From Antedon mediterranea (taxonomy: Eukaryota > Animalia > Echinodermata), in NCBI RefSeq assembly GCF_964355755.1, contig NC_092679.1:11949432-12013431 (forward strand): 64,000 nucleotides of DNA, read 5' to 3'. Position numbers and translations under genes: made by a program. Below are positions 37,053-48,546 of this stretch, in pieces (position 1 is the stretch's first letter; each line of letters opens with the position of its first letter). The notes beneath the pieces are model-generated. The model saw only the letters and a list, made by a program, of their open reading frames with translations, made no database searches and was not told where the DNA came from.

Positions 37053-39154
37053 CCTTTGTCTTCCAAGGTAAAAGTAATTTCTGCAAAAGAGTATCAAAGG
37101 AACTTTAAATAGACAAAACTTACCAAAACCAATCTCAACAAAAAAAGAAAATGACTTTAAAAAATTCTTCTAGAAAAGATTAGCCTAGATATGCTAAATA
37201 ATGACAAATAATAAAAATAATTCCATATTTTCCAATTCCAATTACATAGGCCCTACTACGATTATGGATAATCTATACAACAAATTACAATTAAAAATAG
37301 CAACAAAAAAAATCTAAATCTAACTAGAATTTAATTAGTCACTTTGACCAATTATAGGTGATCATTTTAATAAATTAATTTTTTTTAAACATGCACGTAC
37401 GTTAACATACGATCAGAAAATGCTGATGTATGACATCCTATTATACGCTTATAGTGCTGAGTTGTGCCTATTATGCCATATACTATACTGTATATCTATA
37501 TACAGGGTAGCATGGAAATGGACTCAAATTTGGTGAATGTACCAAGAAAGATGAGTAGTATGCAATTTGTACAAGAAATTCGTATTTTTTACGCTTTCTA
37601 TGTACGCACGCAAAAAAACGTGTTTTTGTGCAGTAATATTTTGAAACCCGCAATTAATGGCCTAATGAGATATTATAGTGAACTAAGTCTCATTATGATA
37701 AAGATATTGTGAAATTTTTGTAATCATTGACATTAAACTTTTTGAGATATTTGTTACACAAAATCTGTACAGAAAGGAAGAAATAATAAAGATTTCATAC
37801 AAAATTACAATAACAATAGTACTAGTAGTAGTAATAGTGATCATTTGATTCTAAATGATTGTATGAATGATGTGACCCGATCTGGCAAAACCCTCTCTTT
37901 GTCGGCATCTATATATAAATTTACGTAAGGGCAAAATTCGGTAAATCGCGCCTTACTTCTAGAATTTTCACTCAATGGTATATAAAGTTGGTTCGTACTT
38001 TCGGTACTGATTTTAACCACCTGATGTAACCCTGTTTACTAATTAAATTAAGTTAGATAATTAGGTATTGACGATTAAAACGAATTTAGGTTCAACGATT
38101 TGCCCCAAATAGGGGTGTTTTCCGATCGTGGTATACACTGTCTAATGGATGTCCATCTTGAAAAATACCCGCCACAAAAATGTGAGGTGGCTTCGCATTT
38201 TCCTATCTCCTCCTACGATAATTGTTTTTAATAGCTGAAAACCGGTTGAACAGCTAGAGTACACCATCATAATGTTGAAGACAGGCCGATTTTCTTTAAA
38301 AAATACTATTTTGATAGATTTAATATACGATTATACAAATGTATTGATTTGCGATGAATGGAACATCCCAATCTCTCAGTCTGCCAGAGTTTGGTTTAAC
38401 ACAAGTACTGTAGGTAAATTTATGAGCCCTTGGTTTAACACATACGGTAGGTAAATATATGGGCCCTTTGAGAATAAACTTGCAATACTTTGACAATACT
38501 GTAAATAACTATTTTTGGAACTCATTTGAATCGAAAATTTCTTACTGTGAATGTTCGTCCTGTTAGATAATAATAAACTGATAGATATATAAACACATTA
38601 TTATATACAAATACACTTTATACTGACAGTTCCTTCTCAACGTTTGTATTAATTAATAATTACCAAAAATATAAACGTTGTAGTGGTGTATCGTGACATG
38701 TACTTTAATATTTCAATCGATTATGACAGTGACAGTTTTAACAAAGTATTAAATCGCAAATGTTTTACTGTATTTAGAGGTATATTATGTATAGGCTTAT
38801 AAAACATGAACAAAATATTTCGTTACTGAGTGGATAAAGAATATATTTAAAAATTGTTCCTCTTTGTACCTATCCGCTTTCCCATCCCTCAACCCTAATG
38901 TTACATACAAAACACAAATTGGGTTTCTTATGAGTCCAAATCAAAAATTTGGACTCATTTTGTGAAAAGTTTCTCCTTCGGAAGTAATTCCCAGGGTGCT
39001 AATTTTAGTTTACTACATAAATCATCGTGTCTATTTATTCGTTTCTGTAAACGACAATGTATTATAGTCCTGCGGTACGTACATTTGAAATCGCCAGTTT
39101 TGTTACGCTGAAATTACTGTAGGCCTATATTCGAGAACCATCTGTGGGCACGAC

Positions 39155-39191
39155 CTAGATGGTACGCGAGCGAAGCGAGCGTACCATCTAG
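39155..39191. mobile_element. Helitron/Helentron-like terminal hairpin
   Basis: Perfect 13-bp stem ctagatggtacgc / gcgtaccatctag around gagcgaagcga, ending CTAG|TTTT. Confidence 0.5.
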
Positions 39192-39535
39192 TTTTCAAAA
39201 TTCACGTAGGCCTAATCAGTCAAAATACGTCCAAATCGACTATAGGGTAGGCTAGGCCTACAGTTTAGGCACCAATTTGACTGGATGAATACTGACGAAG
39301 GACCACATAGTGCGTATTATTCGCTAAACATTACAACATTATACATATCTCACTCAGTCTGTTTTATTTTTTACACTCTTTAATTATTATTTATTAGATA
39401 TTTTAACATTAAAACTTGTCATTTGATGGTTAATTAACTGTTTTTAATTAAAATTCACAGGTAGTTTACGTACGTGGATCGGGACGTGGATTTTATGGCT
39501 ACGATCGACAGTCGAGTAGAAGTTCTTTGGTAGTA

Positions 39536-42500
39536 CCAAAGAATATATATCACAAGAATGAGTATTCCGCGATTTTCCCTGTAACAGTAATATTGTCCAT
39601 GTGGTAGGGCGCCGCCATAATAGTCCAGATCCCTATGTATTTTCGTGTGCAGATCATGGGGAAAGTGTAAACATTGTGTTTTATGAATATTTGAATCATG
39701 CTGGTTATAAAAACCCATGTTGTCAAATTTCTAAAATTCATCTTTGACCTCTGACCTCAATTTGAATGTTTTGACCCATTGAAAACAAAATGGTCATATC
39801 TTTGCAACGCTTATTTTAAATGAAATAATTTTAGTGTCAAATTATTTGGGAGATGCATATTAATATTCGTTCTAATGGAAAAGTTTGTCCAAAAATGGCC
39901 GGAAGTATGATTTTTGGCATTTTTGACCTTTGACCTACATATCAAATAACTCCGTAACTAACAGTTGGACAAACTTTAAATAGGGCTCAAATTAATCTGA
40001 AGATATATATTTCTATTCAGTCTAATAAGAACTTTTTCGAGAAAATGACCCAAAATCTTCTTATTGACCTTTGACCTGTACAGGTAGTACACATTCCTAC
40101 AGTCTTAAAAACTATTGGCCGTAAAAGGTTTTTTTTTGTGAAATTGTTCGAAAAATTTACATTTATATGTTGTATAATAACAATATTTTATAGAAATGTA
40201 AAAGAATTCTATTTATGATAACTAACTTTGTAATATATTAACATCACTAGCATTTGTTAAAATATTAAAATGTGTTATATTTGCTGATTTTAAGCACTTC
40301 ACATGAATTTATCAGAATTACGTGTATTTAAATATAAAGTTTTATTTTTTTGACATAAAGAAAATTTAATTATCTATCAAATAAGACTATTTTCAAATTA
40401 TTATGGCTAAAACTTAATTTGATACAGGCAAAAAGGTGTATTTTTTTACTTGTGTGAACAGCGCCCTCAATCTTAATTTTTCCCTCAAAATACCACATTT
40501 TTATGTGGTTTCATAAATTTAACAGGTTATAACTTTGTTTTAAAGATTATTTACAGTAACCTGTAATTTACATACCACTTTTATAACGTACTAGGTCAGT
40601 TTCTGAAAAAAAATGAGAAAAATATTTTGATAGCTTGATATTTTTGTTGAGGTTATTACATGATACACACCAAAAAATATTTTAATTTTGAGCTAAAAGT
40701 CCATCTTTTTGGTTTAATAAAAGCTATCTAGCAGATATTAATACACAAAATTCATATTTTATTGGATAGATATTATGATTATCTTTCCAATAAAATATGC
40801 TGTTTGTGTAAGAATGTCTGTACAAGATTGTTGTACTGAACTAAAAACATGGATTTTTAGCACAAAATCAAAATCTTTTTTAGCGTGTACCATGTAAAAA
40901 CCTTAAGAAAAATATCAAGCAATAAAAATATTTTTTCATTTTATCTCAGAAACTTACTTAGTATATGGTAGAAGGGGTATGTGAGTTACACTTCACTGAC
41001 AACAAATCTTTTAAAAAGTTACAACCCACTAAGTTTATGAAACCACATAAAAATGTGGTATTTTGAAAGGAAAATGAAGATTGAGGGCGCTGTTCACACA
41101 AGTAAAAAAAATACACCTTTTTGCCTGTATCTAATTATGTTTTAGCCATAATAATTTGAAAATAGTCTTATTTGATAGATAATTAAATTTTCTTTATGTC
41201 AAAAAAATAAAACTTTATATTTAAATACACGTAATTCTGATAAATTCATGTGAAGTGCTTAAAATCAGCAAATATAACACATTTTAATATTTTAACAAAT
41301 GCTAGTGATGTTAATATATTACAAAGTTAGTTATCATAAATAGAATTCTTTTACATTTCTATAAAATATTGTTATTATACAACATATAAATGTAAATTTT
41401 TCGAACAATTTCACAAAAAAAAAACCTTTTACGGCCAATAGTTTTTAAGACTGTAGGAATGTGTACTACCTGTACAGGTCAAAGGTCAATAAGAAGATTT
41501 TGGGTCATTTTCTCGAAAAAGTTCTTATTAGACTGAATAGAAATATATATCTTCAGATTAATTTGAGCCCTATTTAAAATTTGTCCAACTGTTAGTTACG
41601 GAGTTATTTGATATGTAGGTCAAAGGTCAAAAATGCAAAAATCATACTTCCGGCCATTTTTGGACAAACTTTTCCATTAGAACGAATATTAATATGCATC
41701 TCCCAAATAATTTGACACTAAAATTATTTCATTTAAAATAAGCGTTGCAAAGATATGACCATTTTGTTTTCAATGGGTCAAAACATTCAAATTGAGGTCA
41801 GAGGTCAAAGATGAACTTTAGAAATTTGACAACATGGGTTTTTATAACCAGCATGATTCAATTATTCATAAAACACAATGTTTACACTTTCCCCATGATC
41901 TGCACACGAAGGCACTTTTTTTGACATAGGGATCTGGACTATAAGTGTGGATGTATCTGGGATGTATACAACTTTTTGTGACGGTTTCACTAATCAAAGG
42001 CTGGACCACCGGTAGTATTTTCATGATAAAAAATGTTATCAACTACATGCCAACATCATGTTAAATACTATTTGAATATTTAATTGTTCGTTTTATGCAA
42101 TTTATTTAGTAAAAACTGCCGTATAAACAGTTTGCTTTATCAACCGGGCGCTACGATAGCGTGACCGGGCGTGTTGGTGTTTACGCGTTTTCACGTAGGA
42201 TAGTTTAATAATATTCCTATATTTAACTTGTTTCTGGTAAAACAAATAAATGTTAATGACATTTAACATTTTTTCCTATTAATAACATGTATCTTATACT
42301 AATTTATATCATAAAAACAATACTTAATTTACCGGGCGTAGAGTAGTACACGGCAATGGTAAAGAATAGGCCGTGCTGAGCAACGATTCATTGATTTTTG
42401 GTGTTGCTGTGTTAGGCCTTTTTTGTGAACTAAATTAGCATGTTAGTAAATAATTGTCTGTAAAAGTGAATGTACACTAGTTTGTTAATAAATATTTATT

Positions 42501-42698
42501 ATAAAATAATTTACAATTGCAAAAACTATTATCATAATTCTATTTAATGTGACATGTATAATATCTATTAAATCAAGTCTTATTTAGTATGTATACATCC
42601 GCCCTTATGAGGGCGGGCATCACTCTCTGGAGCTCTCTGTTACAAATTTCTCATGCAAAAATCGCGGAATACTCATTCTTGTGATATATATTCTTTGG
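39536..42698. mobile_element. Unclassified TIR element (41-bp perfect TIR, apparent 5-bp TSD tagta), host of the next element
   Basis: tagta|ccaaagaatatatatcacaagaatgagtattccgcgatttt ... aaaatcgcggaatactcattcttgtgatatatattctttgg|tagta. Confidence 0.75.
39621..41941. mobile_element. Academ-type non-autonomous fold-back element (2.3-kb palindrome)
   Basis: taa|TAGTCCAGatccctatg ... catagggatCTGGACTA|taa, with about 900-bp near-identical inverted arms. Confidence 0.8.
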
Positions 42699-42890
42699 TA
42701 GTACCAACATTACATTAGTAATACGTTGCATGCTCCGCCTACTTTATGTTTATTCAACAAATGTTATGCATCACTAACTCTCGCTTCTTTTCCGTGATAC
42801 AGAATATTATTACTGTATTAGTAATTACGGTGGCTGATGATTTCCGCCAATAATAATAATTTATAATAGCACGGCGTTATAACGACGTAA

Positions 42891-45240
42891 TTAGAGCATT
42901 ATGGCCCTTTTATCATTTACGGACATCTGAGGTTTGGATTTCGCGACATCGTTGAATACTACTCTACAGAATTGTCGAAACTGGTCATCTAGTGTAGGCC
43001 TACATGAATTGTCGAGATTGATAAAGTTGGATATGTTGTTATCTTGAGACCTACTTCTGATTGGGGCATTTATTACCCATCCCATTCGGGTTCTCGTCGC
43101 AAAAGGTCCTTCTTCATCGCCAGTTCTTACTTCTTGCTGCATCAATGGAACATCACTTCCTATCAGCAAACCAATTTCTGCATCAAATATAAGGTTATGC
43201 ATCTCGGTAAAAAATCCTTGAACACAACATACTTTATGGGAACAGGTTCAGATAGAATTCAGTTAGGAGTTGTAACTCAGATGAGAGATCTTGGTGTTTT
43301 AGTTGATAATAAATTGAATTTTCATGATCATATCGTTGAAGTTGTTAAAAAGGCTAACTCTAGACTTGGTTTAATTAAGAGAACCTTTGAATATTTAGAC
43401 AGTCATTTAGTGTCTATCCTTTATAAATCAATGGTTAGACCGATTTTAGAATATTCTAGTACGGCTTGTCTTCCTCAGTTTGTTGGTGATTCTATTCTCT
43501 TAGAAAAAGTTCAGCAAAGAGCGACAAAACTTGCTGTGGAAATTGAAAACTCAACCATATAGTGACCGAATGAAATTTATGAAACTGCCATCATTAGCAT
43601 TTCGAAGAAAGAGGTCTTGCTGCTTACAGATTTTTAGAATGATACAAAAGTATGATAATGTTAATCCGGGTGTCTTTTTTGAATTAGCACCATCTACTGT
43701 AACTAGAGGCCACAATTTTAAAATTAAAAAAGTTCATAGTAAATCGAAACACAGACAGAAATTCTTTTCAATATCTGCAGTAAATGATTGGAATAGTTTG
43801 CCATATCATATAGTAAATGCATCCTCTATAAATAATTTTAAAACCCATCTTGAAACACACTGGAAAACCCACAACCTAAAGTTTGAGCCATATAACCAAG
43901 ATGTTCAAAGAGGGACTCACAAACCTTAACAGGTTTATAGTCTAAAGGTCAAGGTAAGGTAAGGTAAATCAATTTGATTTAACTCAATACCATTGAGATG
44001 TCGGCAGTATTGAATGTCGCCTTGGCTAGCAAACGTTCGTCGACATCGGTAGTTCTGGTCTTGAGTATACCTTTGGTAGGATTGTGCAGTTATTGCCTTT
44101 GATGTCCAAGACATCAAGTGAAGTTACTTGACAATTCACTAATGAATTGGGATGGTGCATTGTTGTTAAATTTAGTTCTGTATTTGTGTAGAAGATGATT
44201 TGTGCAGAACGTCGTATTGGAGCCGTTGTCCAGGAAAGCATAGGTAGTTACACATTTGTTTCCCCGTGCCCTGACCCTAACTGGGACAGCTAAACTAATC
44301 TTTGGTCCCTTGGATTTAGCAGCCATGTTCGTGGTGGTGGTGGTTGGTTCGTTTTGGTTTGTAGAATCTACAATCGTTGAGAGTGTGTTTGATGCCGCTA
44401 TGGTTTTCGACTCGGCTTTTGATTCGGCCGGTGATGGCAATTCGACTGTAGACGGAACATCTTTTCTAAACTCAGGTTTTGGAGAATGGATAAAGGTAGA
44501 GTGCTTCTCAGGGCAGATCTTACAAAAGCTTCCTTTAGGACATGCGCTAGCAAAATGTCCGATGACAGTTTCTGCAGATGTGTTTCTTTTGAATAAACTT
44601 CAGTCTGCTTTCTACGGACTTCTTCATAAACTGTTCACACCTCGATAACCAATGTGTTTCAGAAGATAAAATACACTTAAGTTGTTGTTGTTTGGAATCG
44701 CTATTCACTGCATAGTTAATTTTCTTAGAATTTGTTGGTTTTCTGTCTTTACTATAATTCTTCTCTTGTCCTCCAATAGCAGTAGCTCTGGCCTTTGCAG
44801 TGACAACCTCAGATATGTCCTGAATGTTGACGTCATGGTTATCCTTTTGGATGATGTTGTCTATTTCGTCACGCCATGATACTCGTAACCGATGCTGTAG
44901 TCTATCGATAAGTTTCTTTAAATTGTCTAGAGACTCAAGTTTAGCTAAACAGCCTAACTCTTTTAAAGTGTTAACACAGCTTGTCAGGTTGATGGCAAGT
45001 TTCTGAAGACCTTCTCCATCATCAGACCTGATAATAGGTCCGCTGACTAGGCGTGTTATATAGGCAGTTGCAATGATGTATGGTTTCCCATATCGCTTTT
45101 CAAGGAGACGCATAGCTTCTTTAAATCCGTCTTTCATTATGAGGAAACTTCTCATTAGCTCTTGAACATCACCTTTGGTATATTGAATCAAGTAGTGCAG
45201 TTTAGTGTCGCCAACCTTCTTTTTAACGAGGTGTTGCATG
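42891..45240 (-). mobile_element. Decayed BEL/Pao LTR retrotransposon (gag-protease region)
   Basis: KLHYLIQYTKG..EAMRLLEKRYG (Pao gag), degenerate Zn knuckles, protease YAFLDNGSNTTF, and IGLLIGSD..PFATRTRMGWVI. Frameshifted. Confidence 0.85.
43187..43967 (+). mobile_element. 5'-truncated CR1-type LINE inserted in the BEL/Pao element
   Basis: KVMHLG..RDLGVLVDNKLNF..LYKSMVRPILEY..LEKVQQRATK..TRGHNFK..WNSLP, then an (aaggt)n tail. Flanked by an atcaa direct repeat. Confidence 0.88.
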
Positions 45241-45274
45241 AATAAATTCGCAATTATTATTGTTATGTTAACTT

Positions 45275-47100
45275 ATGCGCGGTAGATTTTACTAAAGCCT
45301 TTGATCGTAGATCATACTATAATTGTTAACAAATTAATAGATATTGGAGTGAGATCATCCATAATACATATTATCTGCAGCTTTCTTACTAATAGAGGCA
45401 TTAATACCATAGTGGGTATAAGAAAGATCACATGCGGTGTGCCCAAAAGCACTAAATTGGGCCCAGTTTTATTTCTGGTCCTATTTTTATTTTTTATTTT
45501 TTTTATTTTTATTTTTATGTCTTTAGGCAATGTGGCCATTAATTAGAAATCCTAATTAATGATGCCAGTCTGAGAAGAAAATAGAAGTATGTGGATGATC
45601 TCACTCTAGGTAAAGTTGTAAAAAAAAACGATTATCTCTATTTACAGGTCTCTCTGGATGATTTGGATGACTGGTGTGTAAAGCTAATAATATGTTGCCA
45701 AAACCGTCACATGCCATGCCGTTGCCATGCATGTCACAGACATAGTTTCTAAGGCATCTCGAAAGATGTTTGCTTTATTTGTGATGAGGAGGTCTAGTGC
45801 ATCTGTGGTGACCTGATCAAGATGTTCTGTTGTTATATTAGACCAATTCTCGAGTATGCATACCCTGTGTGGCATGGCGCAATTAATTAAAAATTAGCAT
45901 ATAAAATTGAAGCTGTTAAAAACAAGGCCAACAGCCATTAAGTCGCGTGCTACAATGCATAGTGATACCGGACCGACAGACAGACCGACAGACAGACCGA
46001 CCGACCAACCTACCAACTGACCGAAATTACTGAACATGTTTAAAAATGTTGAAATGTTTAAAAACATTTATATTTTTTTAATTTACACGAGCGCACTTTG
46101 GACGTGCTCGTAAAACGTAATTTCGAGTTGAAAAGTAAGTCAAGAAAACAGAAATCGGGCAAAAAGAGTGCGTAATAACATTTAACGCGCAGTGCGCGCG
46201 CAAAAATCTGCGCACTCATGGCAATTTTGTAAACGCTTAAAATTGCCTGAAACGTACTCTTATTTCATCGAAAATAAATTTTGAAAATTTTAAGCGCGCG
46301 TACGCATGCGTTACATGCGCTACGCACGTAATTGTATTGCCATATGATGATTTATGCCCTGAAATTTATGAGTACCAAATTTTATTTAATTGTGATTCAT
46401 GGTTGTGAAGATATGATTACAAACGTGATTTCGTTAAATCGTGCGTAGACCGCGTAATTTTTTATTGCGCACCGTGAAAACATAACCACATCGATTCCTG
46501 GCCATAAGGAATATTCTGTGAAAAATTGACTTAGCTAGATTAAACTGATATCAAGATAAGGTCAGAAAGCGATAAAACGCATAGTGATACCGGACCGACA
46601 GACAGACAGACAGACCGACAGACAGACCGACAGACAGACAGACCGACCAACTGACCGACATAGTGAACTATAGAGCCGCGTCCACGTGACTAAAAAGCTC
46701 TAAGAACTATCCTGGGAAAAAAGTATATATCTTACGATTTAGCTTGCGGCAGCAAGGAGGGAAAGTCTCGTCCTTTTCTTTGGTCAGGGTGTCATAAAAT
46801 CGTCTTTGCACAGGGATATGCTCCCTCCTTGCCGCAAGCGAAAATTAAACCTTAGATCCAAAGGTGGAAATCTTGAAGTGCCTAAATGTAAAACCGACAG
46901 ATATAAACGGTCTGCTGTACCTGATATTGTTGAGCTGCTTAACTCTCAATAAAATGCACTGTTTTTTATGTTTTTAAATAACTTTTTTATGTTTTAGTAT
47001 AATTGTTTTATATTTTTTGGAGAGACCTCTGTTATTTGTTTTTCTTTATTGACATTCTGCATGTTATATAGGATTCTTCTAAGTAAATAAATAAATACAT
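45275..47100 (+). mobile_element. Decayed CR1/L2-group LINE (RT to 3' tail)
   Basis: DFTKAFD, GVPKSTKLGPVLFL, YVDDLT, RPILEYAYPVWH, PKCKTDRYKRS and a (taaa)n tail. Many frameshifts. Confidence 0.75.
45921..46693 (-). mobile_element. Helentron-associated (HINE/DINE-1-like) element
   Basis: The minus strand starts ttttagtcacgtggacgcggctctata, carries (GTCY)n microsatellites and ends ...acgcgacttaatggctgttggccttgtt. Inserted in a T run of the LINE without a TSD. Confidence 0.7.
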
Positions 47101-48546
47101 TTTAATGTTCGGGTGGCTTCCATGCATGCGGCTTTTGGCCTTAATGGAAGTCTCCCTGCTCCTTTTGTATATTTTTGCTTTGTATTTTTTTTTTTCTTTT
47201 GGATCAAATAAACTGACTTGTGACTTGTGACTTGTAATATCATTGTATATAATGCTAAAAATAAATTAAAATTTAAATCTTTAAGTTGGTCTGCAGCCCA
47301 AATGTTATACAGCTATGTTTACAGAAACACTAATAATAAGGAACAATAATGAAGATGCAAAGATTATAATTCTTGGTGATTTTAATGGTCATGTAGGAGA
47401 CAAAATTAAGGGGGGAGATTTAGACATTAACTTTAATGGTCAAAGTCTAATTGACTTTTGTGATAACAGTGACCTAATTATGTTAAATGGTAGTGAGGTT
47501 TGTAGAGGTGTTTACACTAGAACACACAAAAATCAAGAAAGTATAGTAGATTATGCATTTGTTTCTGATAATGTTTATGAATCAACAGATACATTTCTAG
47601 TGGTCGATGATTATGGTTTAATTCATCTAGGGAGTGACCATAATATTCTACTAATGTCGGTTAAGAAATCACAGTACAATGAAACCAATCATCAAAATAT
47701 TAAACCAGGTAAAAAACATTGGAATATTCCACAGGATTGGAAAGAATTTAAAATTAAAATAAAATGAGGTATTTGATGGTTGGGATCCCATTGACTTGTG
47801 TGCAAATAAAGCTTGGGAACAATGGAAAGACAAAGTGTTAGGCGTAGCATAAGACATACTTGGACAAAAGAAATTGAAGGGTAATTGTAAATTTTGGTTT
47901 GACAAGGAAGTTGAAGTAGCTATTAAACAAAGACAATCAGCTTGTAAAACCCACCGTCATTATGTAAAAATGAAAAATAATCAAGAATTTATTACAGAAT
48001 ACTGTCAACTACTTTAGGATGAATATCAAAGTAAACGTAAAAATATTGTAAGTCTTTAATTAAACGAAAAATCCTGAAGAAAAGAGTAGATCGATGCTCA
48101 CATATAATGGAAAAGGGTGGCCGTGAACTAAAATAATTGTGGGTTGAACTAAAAGGAAAACAGTCTTCTAAAAAAACTCGTTATTAATTCCTGGAACAAA
48201 TATTAAAACATCTGACCCAATACTAATGAAAGAAGCACTTTAAACACATTTCACAAACATAGGTAATGTTAAGGAAAAGAATAACGATATAAATGTTAAC
48301 CAGGTATATCCACAGATATGTATAGATCATATATAAAGATTTTTATTTATTTTTTTACAAAAGTGGAATCTGTACAGGAGTATGGTACGCGGAAGAAGAG
48401 TGACTTCCGTATTCCTCTGAAAAGAACAAATATAGGACAGAGAAGTATTGCCTATAGAGGGGCAAATATTTCGAACCGTTTACCTGAAAATATAAAGTGT
48501 TTAACTAAAATCGGAAAATTTAAAAAGGAAATACAACAACTATTAA

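Noticed and set aside
37081-37123. Nearby GTAAGT donor for a METTL27 5'UTR intron
   Set aside because: It would give a 43-nt intron, probably too short. The upstream exon could not be located.
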